This document shows, piece by piece, positions 16,737 to 25,394 of a stretch of DNA of 64,000 bases. Made by a program: the position numbers and the translations under genes. Under the pieces are notes generated by a model that worked only from the letters and a program-made list of their open reading frames with translations, was not told the DNA's origin and did no database searches. Every line of letters begins with the position of its first letter. Positions within the stretch are counted from its first letter, which is position 1. This DNA comes from a virus (Duplodnaviria > Caudoviricetes). The stretch lies in the IMG/VR virus record IMGVR_UViG_3300020419_001132. One strand, written 5' to 3'.

Positions 16737-17438
16737 GGCTTCCACATATTCCTTTACTGCTGGAAATATTTTTGCAATAACTTCAGCACATGCATGAGCA
16801 ATTTCCATATGTTCTTTTTGTGTGCCGTGACCGCCACGCAGTTCTATATAATGAATCCAACTTCGTAATGTTCCGTTCATGTAAAGTCTAGTTTTAGTTA
16901 GTCCTTCAGGTAGGACTACACGGGCTTGTTCTTTAGCAATGCCGTTATCTATAGCCCATTGATAGGCTTCTTGTGCTTCTCGTATAACTTTGTTTTGATG
17001 ACTGGCCCAAATCATTCCTAGTCTAATATCTTCCTTATTTTCTGGGTCTAAATCAACACTATTTTGTCTATTTTTTTTATCTTGTAACCTAGCTTCGCGA
17101 TGTACAAACATATCGCCCATTTCTTCTGGGTTTGCATAACGTTGACTAAATTCTTGAAAACTAAAACTTCTATGACGTACAATTTGATGTGCAATATCTC
17201 TGGTTGTGTTAATTTCTAAACAAGCACTTACCATCTCAAACGGTGACCAATGTTTGTGTTTTACTAGATATTTTAATAGTTTTTCGTTTGTTTCCTTGTT
17301 ATTTTGATTGCTAGGGTTACTTACTCTAGCACAATAGGCAACTAAATCTTGACAATCTTTTATAGATTTATCAGTTTCATAATAAGCACTATTTTCGTAT
17401 TCCGATGGTTTACTATATGATATTAAGCGAACGGCCAT
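16722..17438 (-). CDS. thyX: FAD-dependent thymidylate synthase
   Basis: RHRSFSFQEFSQRY ThyX motif; HWSPFE; NGTLRSWIHY. Confidence 0.95.
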   Translation of the reverse strand: MAVRLISYSKPSEYENSAYYETDKSIKDCQDLVAYCARVSNPSNQNNKETNEKLLKYLVKHKHWSPFEMVSACLEINTTRDIAHQIVRHRSFSFQEFSQRYANPEEMGDMFVHREARLQDKKNRQNSVDLDPENKEDIRLGMIWASHQNKVIREAQEAYQWAIDNGIAKEQARVVLPEGLTKTRLYMNGTLRSWIHYIELRGGHGTQKEHMEIAHACAEVIAKIFPAVKEYVEASTPD

Positions 17439-17626
17439 TCTTTTTTCCTTCCTTTTAAGTTTCTAATTCTATCTTCAATAAAATGTATTGCAGTATGTAT
17501 ATGTCCCGTGTCTTGGGGTTGGATTAGTGTTCTGTAATACTCTACTTCTTCTTCTAGTACTTCTAATCTAACTAGGTCATTTATTAATGTTCTGTTTTTG
17601 CTAGTCGCCTTCGCCTGGATTTTCAC
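17423..17626 (-). CDS. Hypothetical protein
   Basis: Short helical ORF (DTGHIHTAI) filling the fdxA-thyX gap; start uncertain. Confidence 0.55.
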   Translation of the reverse strand: MKIQAKATSKNRTLINDLVRLEVLEEEVEYYRTLIQPQDTGHIHTAIHFIEDRIRNLKGRKKEWPFA

Positions 17627-17939
17627 TAAAGTGTTCCTCTAATTTGTTTGGCACTCCTTGCCATTTTTCTGCATCTTCTGGGGCATCTTTCTTTTCAGTT
17701 ATATTTGGCCATTGTTCTGACCATTTTTTATTAAAGTCAACCCAAAAATCTTTGTCACCTGTAGAATCAGGAAGTATTGCATCTACAGGACATTCTGGTT
17801 CGCATACACCACAATCAATACACTCGTCTGGATGTATAACTAACATGTTTTCTCCCTCGTAGAAACAGTCCACGGGGCATACCTCAACGCAATCCATATG
17901 TTTGCATTTTATACAGTTGTCATTTACTATGTACGTCAC
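17601..17939 (-). CDS. fdxA: 7Fe ferredoxin (FdxA type)
   Basis: [18 protein letters not shown] and [12 protein letters not shown] cluster motifs with the FdxA C-terminal tail. Confidence 0.92.
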   Translation of the reverse strand: MTYIVNDNCIKCKHMDCVEVCPVDCFYEGENMLVIHPDECIDCGVCEPECPVDAILPDSTGDKDFWVDFNKKWSEQWPNITEKKDAPEDAEKWQGVPNKLEEHFSENPGEGD

Positions 17940-18855
17940 TCGTTAATCTCGAAAGTCTGATTAATGTTGCGGCCAAATTAATTTCTGGATCCACAACTAA
18001 AGTATGATCTACTAATCCTTGTTTTATAATTAAAACTGCTTGATCCTGTTGTTCATCATCACCAAATAGTTCTATATTATCATACAGCCATCTGTATATA
18101 TCTTCCATCTCTTCTGGACGAACTGTACCACACAAAAGTTTTCTTGCTTTTTGTATTTTTCCTTCTTTGAACAGTTCTACCATATCAAGTTTCCAGTCAG
18201 CTTCTCCAGTATCACCTTCATTTGGTCTAAGCAAACTATTGTCTTGTATATTCATTTGTACAGTATTGATACACTTTCTTAAGTCTGGATAAGTTGCTTT
18301 AACATATGTATCAAGTATATCTAAGTCTGGTGTAATGCCTTCAGTAATAAGTATCTCTGCCACTCTAGCTGTGAACTCAGTTTGATCAATTTTTGCAATG
18401 TGAAAACCTTGACACCTGCTATGGATAGCTGGAATAATACGGTTTGGATAATTACAAGTTAGAACAAATCTAGAAGTTGTATGATACTCCTCCATAACAC
18501 CTCTAAGTGCCGCTTGTGCATTAGGTGATAGATAATCTGCTTCATCTAGCAACACAACCTTAAAGTCTCCGAATGGAATCATTTGTACAAAGTTAACAAT
18601 CCTATCTCTAACGTCATCTACTGAGTTAGTTCTACTGGCATTTATTTCTAGTATATCGTATTCGTTAACTTCTAACTCATTAAACAAAAGTTTTGCTAAT
18701 GTAGTTTTACCTATACCTGCATTCCCACTAAAAAGTAGATGAGGAATAGTTTTATCTTTGATCCAAGTTTTAACTTGTTTTCTTTGTGCTTCATCTCTAA
18801 AGACATATCCATTTACTGTCTTAGGACGATACTTTTCAACCCATAGATCTTTCAT
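17920..18855 (-). CDS. Clamp loader AAA+ subunit (RFC small/T4 gp44-like)
   Basis: [27 protein letters not shown] and IHSRC motifs. Confidence 0.92.
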   Translation of the reverse strand: MKDLWVEKYRPKTVNGYVFRDEAQRKQVKTWIKDKTIPHLLFSGNAGIGKTTLAKLLFNELEVNEYDILEINASRTNSVDDVRDRIVNFVQMIPFGDFKVVLLDEADYLSPNAQAALRGVMEEYHTTSRFVLTCNYPNRIIPAIHSRCQGFHIAKIDQTEFTARVAEILITEGITPDLDILDTYVKATYPDLRKCINTVQMNIQDNSLLRPNEGDTGEADWKLDMVELFKEGKIQKARKLLCGTVRPEEMEDIYRWLYDNIELFGDDEQQDQAVLIIKQGLVDHTLVVDPEINLAATLIRLSRLTSDVHSK

Positions 18856-18878
18856 TGTTGCTCCTGCATTTTTATAGT

Positions 18879-18907
18879 ATTATAGCAGTAAAATGTCTGC
18901 TTGTCAA
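18879..18907 (-). promoter_or_regulatory. Perfect sigma70 promoter TTGACA-N17-TATAAT
   Basis: Exact consensus upstream of the clamp loader; the -35 contains the halogenase TGA stop. Confidence 0.85.
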
Positions 18908-20433
18908 TGGAATTTTTGGTAAAAATCAACACTATTTTGGAAACTATCTGTATATTTTCTTTTTTCTTGATGTACTTTGTTTATCTTTATATCTAAATTT
19001 TTAAGCTCTTCTGGCAAACTACTACCCCAAAAATTAGCATTTGAGTCTTTAAACATATTATAAGGAGTCATTTTATGTCCAGCTATCATATATAAAACTG
19101 CACCAAACTCCTCCCAACTCAGTCTATTTTCTATTTCCCAATATGGACAACCCATAAGTTCATAAACTTGTCTTAATAAAGGACTGTCTGTAAAATTTTG
19201 TTGTTGTATGTCTTTCCAATATTGATTGTCATCTCTAGAAGTCATTGCATAGTGTAATGATATAAAATCTGCAAAGTATAAAAATTGTTCTCTACAGTTA
19301 TGATTAAATGCTTGTGCATCAAAATTATTTAAGGTTTCTTTATTATGTGCTATATTTACAAACTGTAATAAAAATTCATGAACACTCATAAGTCCGTTCG
19401 ACTCTAATGGTTCTATAAATGCGCCACTTAATCCAATGCTGATACAATTCTTTACCCACATTCTTTCACTCATACCATTACGCATTCTAATGTGTTTAAA
19501 TTCCATTTCATTTGCAATTGGTCCTAAGTAACTTTTATACTCTTTTAATGCATCTTCGGAGGTAATGTAATCATCACAATAATTATATCCTGTCCCAATC
19601 CTCTCCCATGTTGGTATTTCCCATACCCATCCATAGTCAAGAGCTACACTATTTGTATATAATTTTAATTGTTCTTTTTTGTTTTCGTAAGGCCTAGCAC
19701 CTGCCCATGCACAATTTGTATATGTTTTGTTGTTAAAACCTCTCCAAGGTTCATTTAGTACACCTTCTATTAATACTCTTTTAAACCCTGTACAATCAAA
19801 GAACAGATCTGCCTTTAGACGTCCTTGGTCTGTCCTTATGTATTCTATGTATCCGTTTTCATCTTGATCTGCACCTGTGACATCCGCGACAATATGCTTT
19901 ACACCTTTTGGTTTGCAATATTCGTCACGTAAGTATCCATAAAATTTATGTGTATCAAAATGCCAGGCGGCATCTTTTTCTATACACCATCCATTAGGTA
20001 AGACTATATCTGGTACCTTGTTTTCTTCTATACAGTAATTTATAGGTGAACAGTCGTTTACAAAGTCTTCAAAAGGAACCTGCTTGTGAAATTGATATCC
20101 AAACCAGTTTGATATATTATAATATCGTTCGTCTAGTCTTCCAAAAGGATAATGAAACCCCACCTTATCATTTTTATGAAAGTTTTCAAATCTAATACTT
20201 AATTTATTAGTTGCATTACATTTTGTAAGAAAATCTATATCTGGAATTTCAAGAAAATTTTGCCATCTCCGCATTAATTGTGTAGTGCTTTCGCCTACAC
20301 CTACTACAGGTTGGTTTGCAGATTCTACCACTGTTATCTTTTTATTAGGAAATGCTTTTACTAATGTAGCCGCGGTCATCCAACCTGCACTACCACCTCC
20401 TACTACAATTATGCTATTAAACTTCATATACAT
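18904..20433 (-). CDS. Flavin-dependent (tryptophan halogenase-family) protein
   Basis: GGGSAG FAD motif, VGEST, NATNK (catalytic Lys position), WVWEIP, FIEPLES. Confidence 0.9.
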   Translation of the reverse strand: MYMKFNSIIVVGGGSAGWMTAATLVKAFPNKKITVVESANQPVVGVGESTTQLMRRWQNFLEIPDIDFLTKCNATNKLSIRFENFHKNDKVGFHYPFGRLDERYYNISNWFGYQFHKQVPFEDFVNDCSPINYCIEENKVPDIVLPNGWCIEKDAAWHFDTHKFYGYLRDEYCKPKGVKHIVADVTGADQDENGYIEYIRTDQGRLKADLFFDCTGFKRVLIEGVLNEPWRGFNNKTYTNCAWAGARPYENKKEQLKLYTNSVALDYGWVWEIPTWERIGTGYNYCDDYITSEDALKEYKSYLGPIANEMEFKHIRMRNGMSERMWVKNCISIGLSGAFIEPLESNGLMSVHEFLLQFVNIAHNKETLNNFDAQAFNHNCREQFLYFADFISLHYAMTSRDDNQYWKDIQQQNFTDSPLLRQVYELMGCPYWEIENRLSWEEFGAVLYMIAGHKMTPYNMFKDSNANFWGSSLPEELKNLDIKINKVHQEKRKYTDSFQNSVDFYQKFH

Positions 20434-21022
20434 TTCCTGAAACAGTTATTCTATATTCGTCACTTGTATAAAACGGAAAAACTTGGTGTACCATTTTACT
20501 TGGAAAAAACAAAATTCTACCTTCGTCTTTTTTGTCAACTGCAATGTCGCAGTTTGATATTTCGCCAAATATATTTGTATAGCTAAAACTAAAGTATCCA
20601 GGCCTAGGAGTATTACTATGCTTTACACTATTGTTTTCTAATTCTTTATCTAATGTAAAAGGTACTTGTACAAATATAACAAAGCTATAGCTACCATCAT
20701 GATGATGTGGAGGATTAAATTCATGCTTCTTTTGATAATTAACCCATGTATCTCCAAGTTGCCAATTAGCTCCACTACTAGAAGACTCCCATTGTTTTTC
20801 ATATTCTTTGCTTAAAACTTTAAGAAATGGTTCTAATTTACTTTTACAATCATATAGTTTGTATTCGTGTTCTATATTGCCAGCCAAATCATTATTAGCT
20901 ACTTCTTTAGGAAATACTTTAGTTTCTTCTTTTATAGACTGGAATATGTCTTGAGGAACTATAGAATTAATAAATCCGTAATTAGGAAATGTACCAAACA
21001 TAATATCAGACACCAATATCAC
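20417..21022 (-). CDS. 2OG-Fe(II) oxygenase-like protein
   Basis: WVN..PHHH..SFVIFV..GRILFFPS..H.V jelly-roll motifs; start may be ATG 21001. Confidence 0.8.
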   Translation of the reverse strand: MILVSDIMFGTFPNYGFINSIVPQDIFQSIKEETKVFPKEVANNDLAGNIEHEYKLYDCKSKLEPFLKVLSKEYEKQWESSSSGANWQLGDTWVNYQKKHEFNPPHHHDGSYSFVIFVQVPFTLDKELENNSVKHSNTPRPGYFSFSYTNIFGEISNCDIAVDKKDEGRILFFPSKMVHQVFPFYTSDEYRITVSGNVYEV

Positions 21023-21614
21023 CTAGTGTTCTAACCCCACTAATATTACGCCCGCCATGATCTATGTCTGAATCACTATTGAAACTTACTATTGTTTTTG
21101 TTTTATTGTTTTTGTTTTTTGGTGCTTGATGTATTACAAAGCTAGGAAATGTAATTACATCTCCTTCTTGGATATCTAGTTTTATGATTGTTTTATTATC
21201 CCAAGGACTTACTAGTTGTGTTTTAGGAGCAAGATCTGGTAAGTCTAAATAATATACACTAGTCCATTGACAGTCAGTATGTACATGCCAACCATGAGTT
21301 GATCCTGTTTCATATTGTTGATACCAAATGTTATGTATCTTAAATGTATCATAACCTAAGTTTTTGTAAGTATCTGTAACAACGTTCATCAAGTAAGGTT
21401 TTAAAAATGTTAACCATTTTCTAGCAGGATCATCGTTATCTAATGTAACACCATCTACTGAATAATCGCATCTTGTTATGTCTAAATTGCCCCCAGCATA
21501 TCTAGTACGTTCACCGGGGCTTTCGTCAATTAAAGAAAGGCATTTTTCCTTTATATCTAAATGTTCTGATATCTTGTTTATGGCTATAGGAACTTCTAGC
21601 TTTTGCTTTAACAT
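21006..21614 (-). CDS. 2OG-Fe(II) oxygenase-like protein
   Basis: HGWHVH..TSVYYL..EGDVITFPS..H. Confidence 0.8.
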   Translation of the reverse strand: MLKQKLEVPIAINKISEHLDIKEKCLSLIDESPGERTRYAGGNLDITRCDYSVDGVTLDNDDPARKWLTFLKPYLMNVVTDTYKNLGYDTFKIHNIWYQQYETGSTHGWHVHTDCQWTSVYYLDLPDLAPKTQLVSPWDNKTIIKLDIQEGDVITFPSFVIHQAPKNKNNKTKTIVSFNSDSDIDHGGRNISGVRTLGDIGV

Positions 21615-21626
21615 CAGTTACCCTTT

Positions 21627-22310
21627 CTATTCTCTATCTCCTAAAAGAGCGAGTAGCATTTGAAACAAATTAATAAAGTTTAGATAAAGACTTAAAGCAA
21701 ACTGAATACCGTATTTAGGTTCTCTAGTTTGTAGGAAAATGTTTCTAGCATTTTGTGTGTCCCAAGCAGTCAGTCCTGTAAATATAAACACACCAATAAT
21801 ACTGATAGCAAACATCATTGCTGAACTAGCAAGGAAAATATTTACTACACTTGCAATTATAATACCTATCAGGCCCATTATGAGGAAGTGTCCGAATCCT
21901 GACAAATCCCGTTTAGTAGTATAACCGTAAAGACTTGCACCTGCGAAGGTTGCTGAAGTAATAAAAAATACTTGGGTAATACTATAAGCGGTATATACTG
22001 CAAAAATAGTACTTAAACTAATACCCATTAATGCAACAAATGCATAATAGAATAATCCAAGTTTTTTAATATCCCAATTATGGCTAGTAAAGCTATACCA
22101 CAAGATCATACCGAGTGGTGCAAATACAAAAAGCCACATTAAATTTCCAAGTGAATACAATAGTCCGCTTGAATATGTAAGCCATGCGACTGCTCCGCTA
22201 ATTGCTAAACCACTAGCAGTATGGTTATACATGTTTAACATGAACTGTCTTAAACCTTCATCAAATGCTACGTTTTCTTTTGCACTTGTTGTATAACTTT
22301 GTACTTTCAT
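21627..22310 (-). CDS. Bax inhibitor-1/YccA family membrane protein
   Basis: DEGLRQFM..Y start, 7 TM helices, YGYTTKRDLS, LYLNFINLF. Confidence 0.92.
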   Translation of the reverse strand: MKVQSYTTSAKENVAFDEGLRQFMLNMYNHTASGLAISGAVAWLTYSSGLLYSLGNLMWLFVFAPLGMILWYSFTSHNWDIKKLGLFYYAFVALMGISLSTIFAVYTAYSITQVFFITSATFAGASLYGYTTKRDLSGFGHFLIMGLIGIIIASVVNIFLASSAMMFAISIIGVFIFTGLTAWDTQNARNIFLQTREPKYGIQFALSLYLNFINLFQMLLALLGDRE

Positions 22311-22879
22311 TATTTCTCTCCTCTTAGTAACTCAATTATTTCTTTCCAATTATTTACTCTAATTACATCAGGATTATCATACCATTTATTGTAATCATGA
22401 TTAATTAATATAACTTTGTGTCCTGCATCAAGTCCTGCGTCACAGTTAAGAGGTTTATCTTCTATCCACCAGTGACCTGGTTCATATTCTTTAAGAATAT
22501 CATCCTTGTCTTGACCTTGTCCAATGCATCTAGTTTTAGTTACCGCAGTTCCAAAATGATTATAAAGATTAAGTTTTCTAAGTTCACCTGCATAATAATC
22601 ACTACTTAGACTAGTAATACATTCTAAATTATAATTCATTTTAGCAAGTTCAGGAACATATTCTGTTGCATCTCTTAAAGGACGTAACCATCCTATCCAA
22701 GCAGAGTCATTGAACCTTGTTACTAAAGCATCTGACTCTTCTTTGGTAATTCCGTATCTCGTGTACTGATTATAAACTTCTGGTTGTACAATAGAGTAGT
22801 TAAGTTTTGACATCCAAGAAGTAAATGCATCTTCCCAGTTAAGTAAAACTCCATCTGCGTCTGTTAATATTTTTTGAAT
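22310..22879 (-). CDS. HAD-family 5'(3')-deoxyribonucleotidase-like protein, apparent ATT start
   Basis: Frame extends upstream of ATG 22813 to ILTDADGVLLNW (HAD motif I); WIEDK motif; ATT at 22877-22879 with GGAG 7 nt upstream. Confidence 0.8.
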   Translation of the reverse strand: MQKILTDADGVLLNWEDAFTSWMSKLNYSIVQPEVYNQYTRYGITKEESDALVTRFNDSAWIGWLRPLRDATEYVPELAKMNYNLECITSLSSDYYAGELRKLNLYNHFGTAVTKTRCIGQGQDKDDILKEYEPGHWWIEDKPLNCDAGLDAGHKVILINHDYNKWYDNPDVIRVNNWKEIIELLRGEK

Positions 22880-23283
22880 TAGAGGTCTCCGTCTTTCCTG
22901 TTCTCACTATAGTGTGCATCAAATTCTCCGCCAGGGTAACGGGCTTTTAACTTATTAATATTTTCCTGGATAACGTCATTAGGATCTAAACCCAACGATC
23001 GGCATGAATTAATCCAATACCACATAACATCGCCAAGTTCTCTTTTAATGTGAAACTTTGTGTCGTCATCCAAAGGTTTACCTTGGAATATACATTTTTT
23101 AACGATCTCTGCAAATTCTCCTCCTTCTGAAGCTAAGCCTATGGCTCCTGTTAATAACAGTGACATCTTAACACCAGATTCTTCCTCCAACCTATTCAAT
23201 GTTTCTACTAGGTCTGTTGTACGGCCTGAAGAACCAGATGTTACTTCTTCTACAAAATCTTTGTATTTGTTTAAGTCTATCAT
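22879..23283 (-). CDS. mazG: MazG-like nucleotide pyrophosphohydrolase
   Basis: SEGGEFAEIVKK and ELGDVMWY motifs. Confidence 0.85.
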   Translation of the reverse strand: MIDLNKYKDFVEEVTSGSSGRTTDLVETLNRLEEESGVKMSLLLTGAIGLASEGGEFAEIVKKCIFQGKPLDDDTKFHIKRELGDVMWYWINSCRSLGLDPNDVIQENINKLKARYPGGEFDAHYSENRKDGDL

Positions 23284-23633
23284 GATTCGCTCATACTCAC
23301 ATCACTTGGACGTTCTTGCGAATATGCTAGGACGCAATCTGCGTCTACCATTCGTAGTACTATTTCTTCATCTCCATTATCTATTTTACAACTCCTAGTC
23401 CAACGACCGTGTTCGATTAGAATCCATTCTCCGACAGAATAATCATCTTCATTCCGCGGGCCTTTTGCATACACCTTACCCCATCTAGGATAGATGCCTC
23501 TAGTTGTTGTGTCGTCGTCTAAAACAATTAATCCTGCCTTAGTTTTCTGCTCTCCGAAATGCATATCACTAACCAGAACTCTATCTCTAATAGGGCGTAA
23601 ATCCCCTTTGATTGTATGTAAGTTTATAGCCAT
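23280..23633 (-). CDS. groES: GroES/Cpn10-like co-chaperonin
   Basis: LRPIRDRVLV..TKAGLIV..GKVYAKGP. Confidence 0.8.
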   Translation of the reverse strand: MAINLHTIKGDLRPIRDRVLVSDMHFGEQKTKAGLIVLDDDTTTRGIYPRWGKVYAKGPRNEDDYSVGEWILIEHGRWTRSCKIDNGDEEIVLRMVDADCVLAYSQERPSDVSMSES

Positions 23634-23980
23634 TATTCACCTTTTTTTACAAAGTTACCATCTTCGTCTTCAACCCAATCTTCGTTGTCTTCTGCAACAA
23701 CTAATGGATCTTCAACTGCTTCTTCTGCTCCTGATGCAAGTTCTGCTCTTGACATCATTCCTTCATCAGGAACTCCTGGATTAGAATCATAGTAGTCTTT
23801 AAGAACTTGTTCTCTAGTTCTTACAATTTCACCACCAGGCCCTAATTCATCGCCACGTGCATTTACTTTTGCATTTCCAACAGCAGGAGTAAGCTCATTT
23901 TTTTGACGTAGTAAATCCATATCAACGACTTTACCTTGCATTGATTTGTACTGTTTACGTCCTACTTGTTTCATCGGCAT
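23633..23980 (-). CDS. Hypothetical protein
   Basis: 115-aa ORF (AVGNAKVNARGDELG); GGAGG SD. Confidence 0.7.
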   Translation of the reverse strand: MPMKQVGRKQYKSMQGKVVDMDLLRQKNELTPAVGNAKVNARGDELGPGGEIVRTREQVLKDYYDSNPGVPDEGMMSRAELASGAEEAVEDPLVVAEDNEDWVEDEDGNFVKKGE

Positions 23981-24008
23981 GATATTACCTCCTTTGTTAT
24001 ATATGTAC

Positions 24009-24566
24009 TTATCTCAGGAACTCGTGCCAATCGAGTCCATATTGGATTGGGTTTATTTTATGTATACCTATTAGATATAACACATAACTAGCAACACTAG
24101 ATCCTCTACCCACGCCCCAAACTATATTATTTTTTCTCATAAAATCAACAAGGTATACCATGTATCTTAAAACATCTAACATACCACGTTCAGTAAATGC
24201 ATTAATCTCGTCATCAATCCTTAGACGCTCTGTTGACAATTCTGTTGTGCCATAACTTGTTGTTTGTAGTTCTTCCATTAACTTTGCTTTACACCATTCA
24301 TGTATGTCAAGATTTTTATATTCTTCTGGCATAAACCATTCGCTTTGACATACACCGTCAAATGTTTTTTCGTCTACATCTAATGGAACATATTTTGTAA
24401 GAGTTGGAAGACCTTGCTCTTCCATTGCAGTATTGAATCTGTCTATATCATCACTTGGGTCACATAATACCATGTGACATTTGTCAACATGGCCTGTATA
24501 GATCATATCCATTAAATCACGATTAGAAAATCGTGGTATACCTAATTCATCTGTTTTCATCAGCAT
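24009..24566 (-). CDS. dnaE: Stand-alone fragment of DNA polymerase III alpha (C-family)
   Basis: GVGRGSSVASYVLYLIGIHKINPIQYGLDWHEFLR matches the DnaE GxGRGS..L.FERFL block; the ORF stops before the PDxD catalytic motif. Confidence 0.8.
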   Translation of the reverse strand: MLMKTDELGIPRFSNRDLMDMIYTGHVDKCHMVLCDPSDDIDRFNTAMEEQGLPTLTKYVPLDVDEKTFDGVCQSEWFMPEEYKNLDIHEWCKAKLMEELQTTSYGTTELSTERLRIDDEINAFTERGMLDVLRYMVYLVDFMRKNNIVWGVGRGSSVASYVLYLIGIHKINPIQYGLDWHEFLR

Positions 24567-24572
24567 ATCTTT

Positions 24573-24601
24573 ATATTAACTGATTTTTATCAAGTTGTCA
24601 A
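24573..24601 (-). promoter_or_regulatory. sigma70 promoter TTGACA-N17-TAATAT
   Basis: -10 ends 6 nt before the dnaE-fragment ATG. Confidence 0.65.
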
Positions 24602-24803
24602 GTGTTTTATTGTCTTCTTGTGGATCTTTTTCTGCGGATCTTCTGCGTTCTGCTTCTAGCCTAAGCTCGTCTATTATCATAACCATCTGACTCCTAACTT
24701 GTTCGTTATTTGTCATCCAATATTTTCTATTAAGTGCGTCTAACTTGTTACCTAGTTCAACATCAGATAAAGTTTTGTAGTCCTCTGCTAAGGGGTGGTT
24801 CAT
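24576..24803 (-). CDS. Hypothetical protein
   Basis: Start moved to ATG 24803 (ATGA overlap with the upstream stop); MNHPLAEDYKTLSD.. Confidence 0.65.
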   Translation of the reverse strand: MNHPLAEDYKTLSDVELGNKLDALNRKYWMTNNEQVRSQMVMIIDELRLEAERRRSAEKDPQEDNKTLDNLIKIS

Positions 24804-25366
24804 GTACCAAACGTACCAACAAATTGTGCATATACAATAGTGCCGCCGTCTGATGTCCAAAAGTCAACAATTTTAGGTTGTGTAGATGAAGCAATAGCAA
24901 ATGATCCTGGAAAAGCACTATCTTTTCTAAGTGTTCCTCCACTTGTTGCCCAAGTAACTACCCTTGAAGGACCGTCGCTTGTAACAACCATTCTCAATTT
25001 ACCTAGCTTTCCAGAAGCTGGCCACTGAGCAAGTGTAAGTGTAAGATCTGCACCAACTTGAATAGTTTGGTAACTACCATTTGACCAGTTTACATTTTGT
25101 GGAGCAGAAACATTTCCTATGCCATATGCAACATCAGTTGTGGCTAAAAAGTTAGCTTCTTGTATTGTCTCACCATTAAAGTCGTTAGTTGCATTAAGTT
25201 TAGCAGTATTTGTATCTAAAGATGAAAGGTCAGCCCTTGCTTTTGTTAGTGTAGTTTTAATATTATTAAAATTATCTCTAAAGCCCTGACTGTCGTTATC
25301 CTGACCTGCAACAGGGTATGTTGCGTCGATAGCATTTATCTCAGTTAAACTTGTTGTTATAGCCAT
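24800..25366 (-). CDS. Virion structural (baseplate/fibre-associated) protein
   Basis: YPVAGQDNDSQGFRDNF start, short coiled coil, beta-rich C-terminus; late promoter. Confidence 0.65.
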   Translation of the reverse strand: MAITTSLTEINAIDATYPVAGQDNDSQGFRDNFNNIKTTLTKARADLSSLDTNTAKLNATNDFNGETIQEANFLATTDVAYGIGNVSAPQNVNWSNGSYQTIQVGADLTLTLAQWPASGKLGKLRMVVTSDGPSRVVTWATSGGTLRKDSAFPGSFAIASSTQPKIVDFWTSDGGTIVYAQFVGTFGT

Positions 25367-25382
25367 ATTTCTTTCTCCATAG

Positions 25383-25390
25383 TATTTATA
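25383..25390 (-). promoter_or_regulatory. T4-late promoter TATAAATA
   Basis: Exact consensus 16 nt upstream of ATG 25366 with GGAG SD. Confidence 0.7.
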
Positions 25391-25394
25391 TCAT

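Noticed and set aside
24009-24566. Split-intein DnaE as in cyanobacteria
   Set aside because: There is no intein N-terminal sequence after the extein, and the break point differs from the cyanobacterial one
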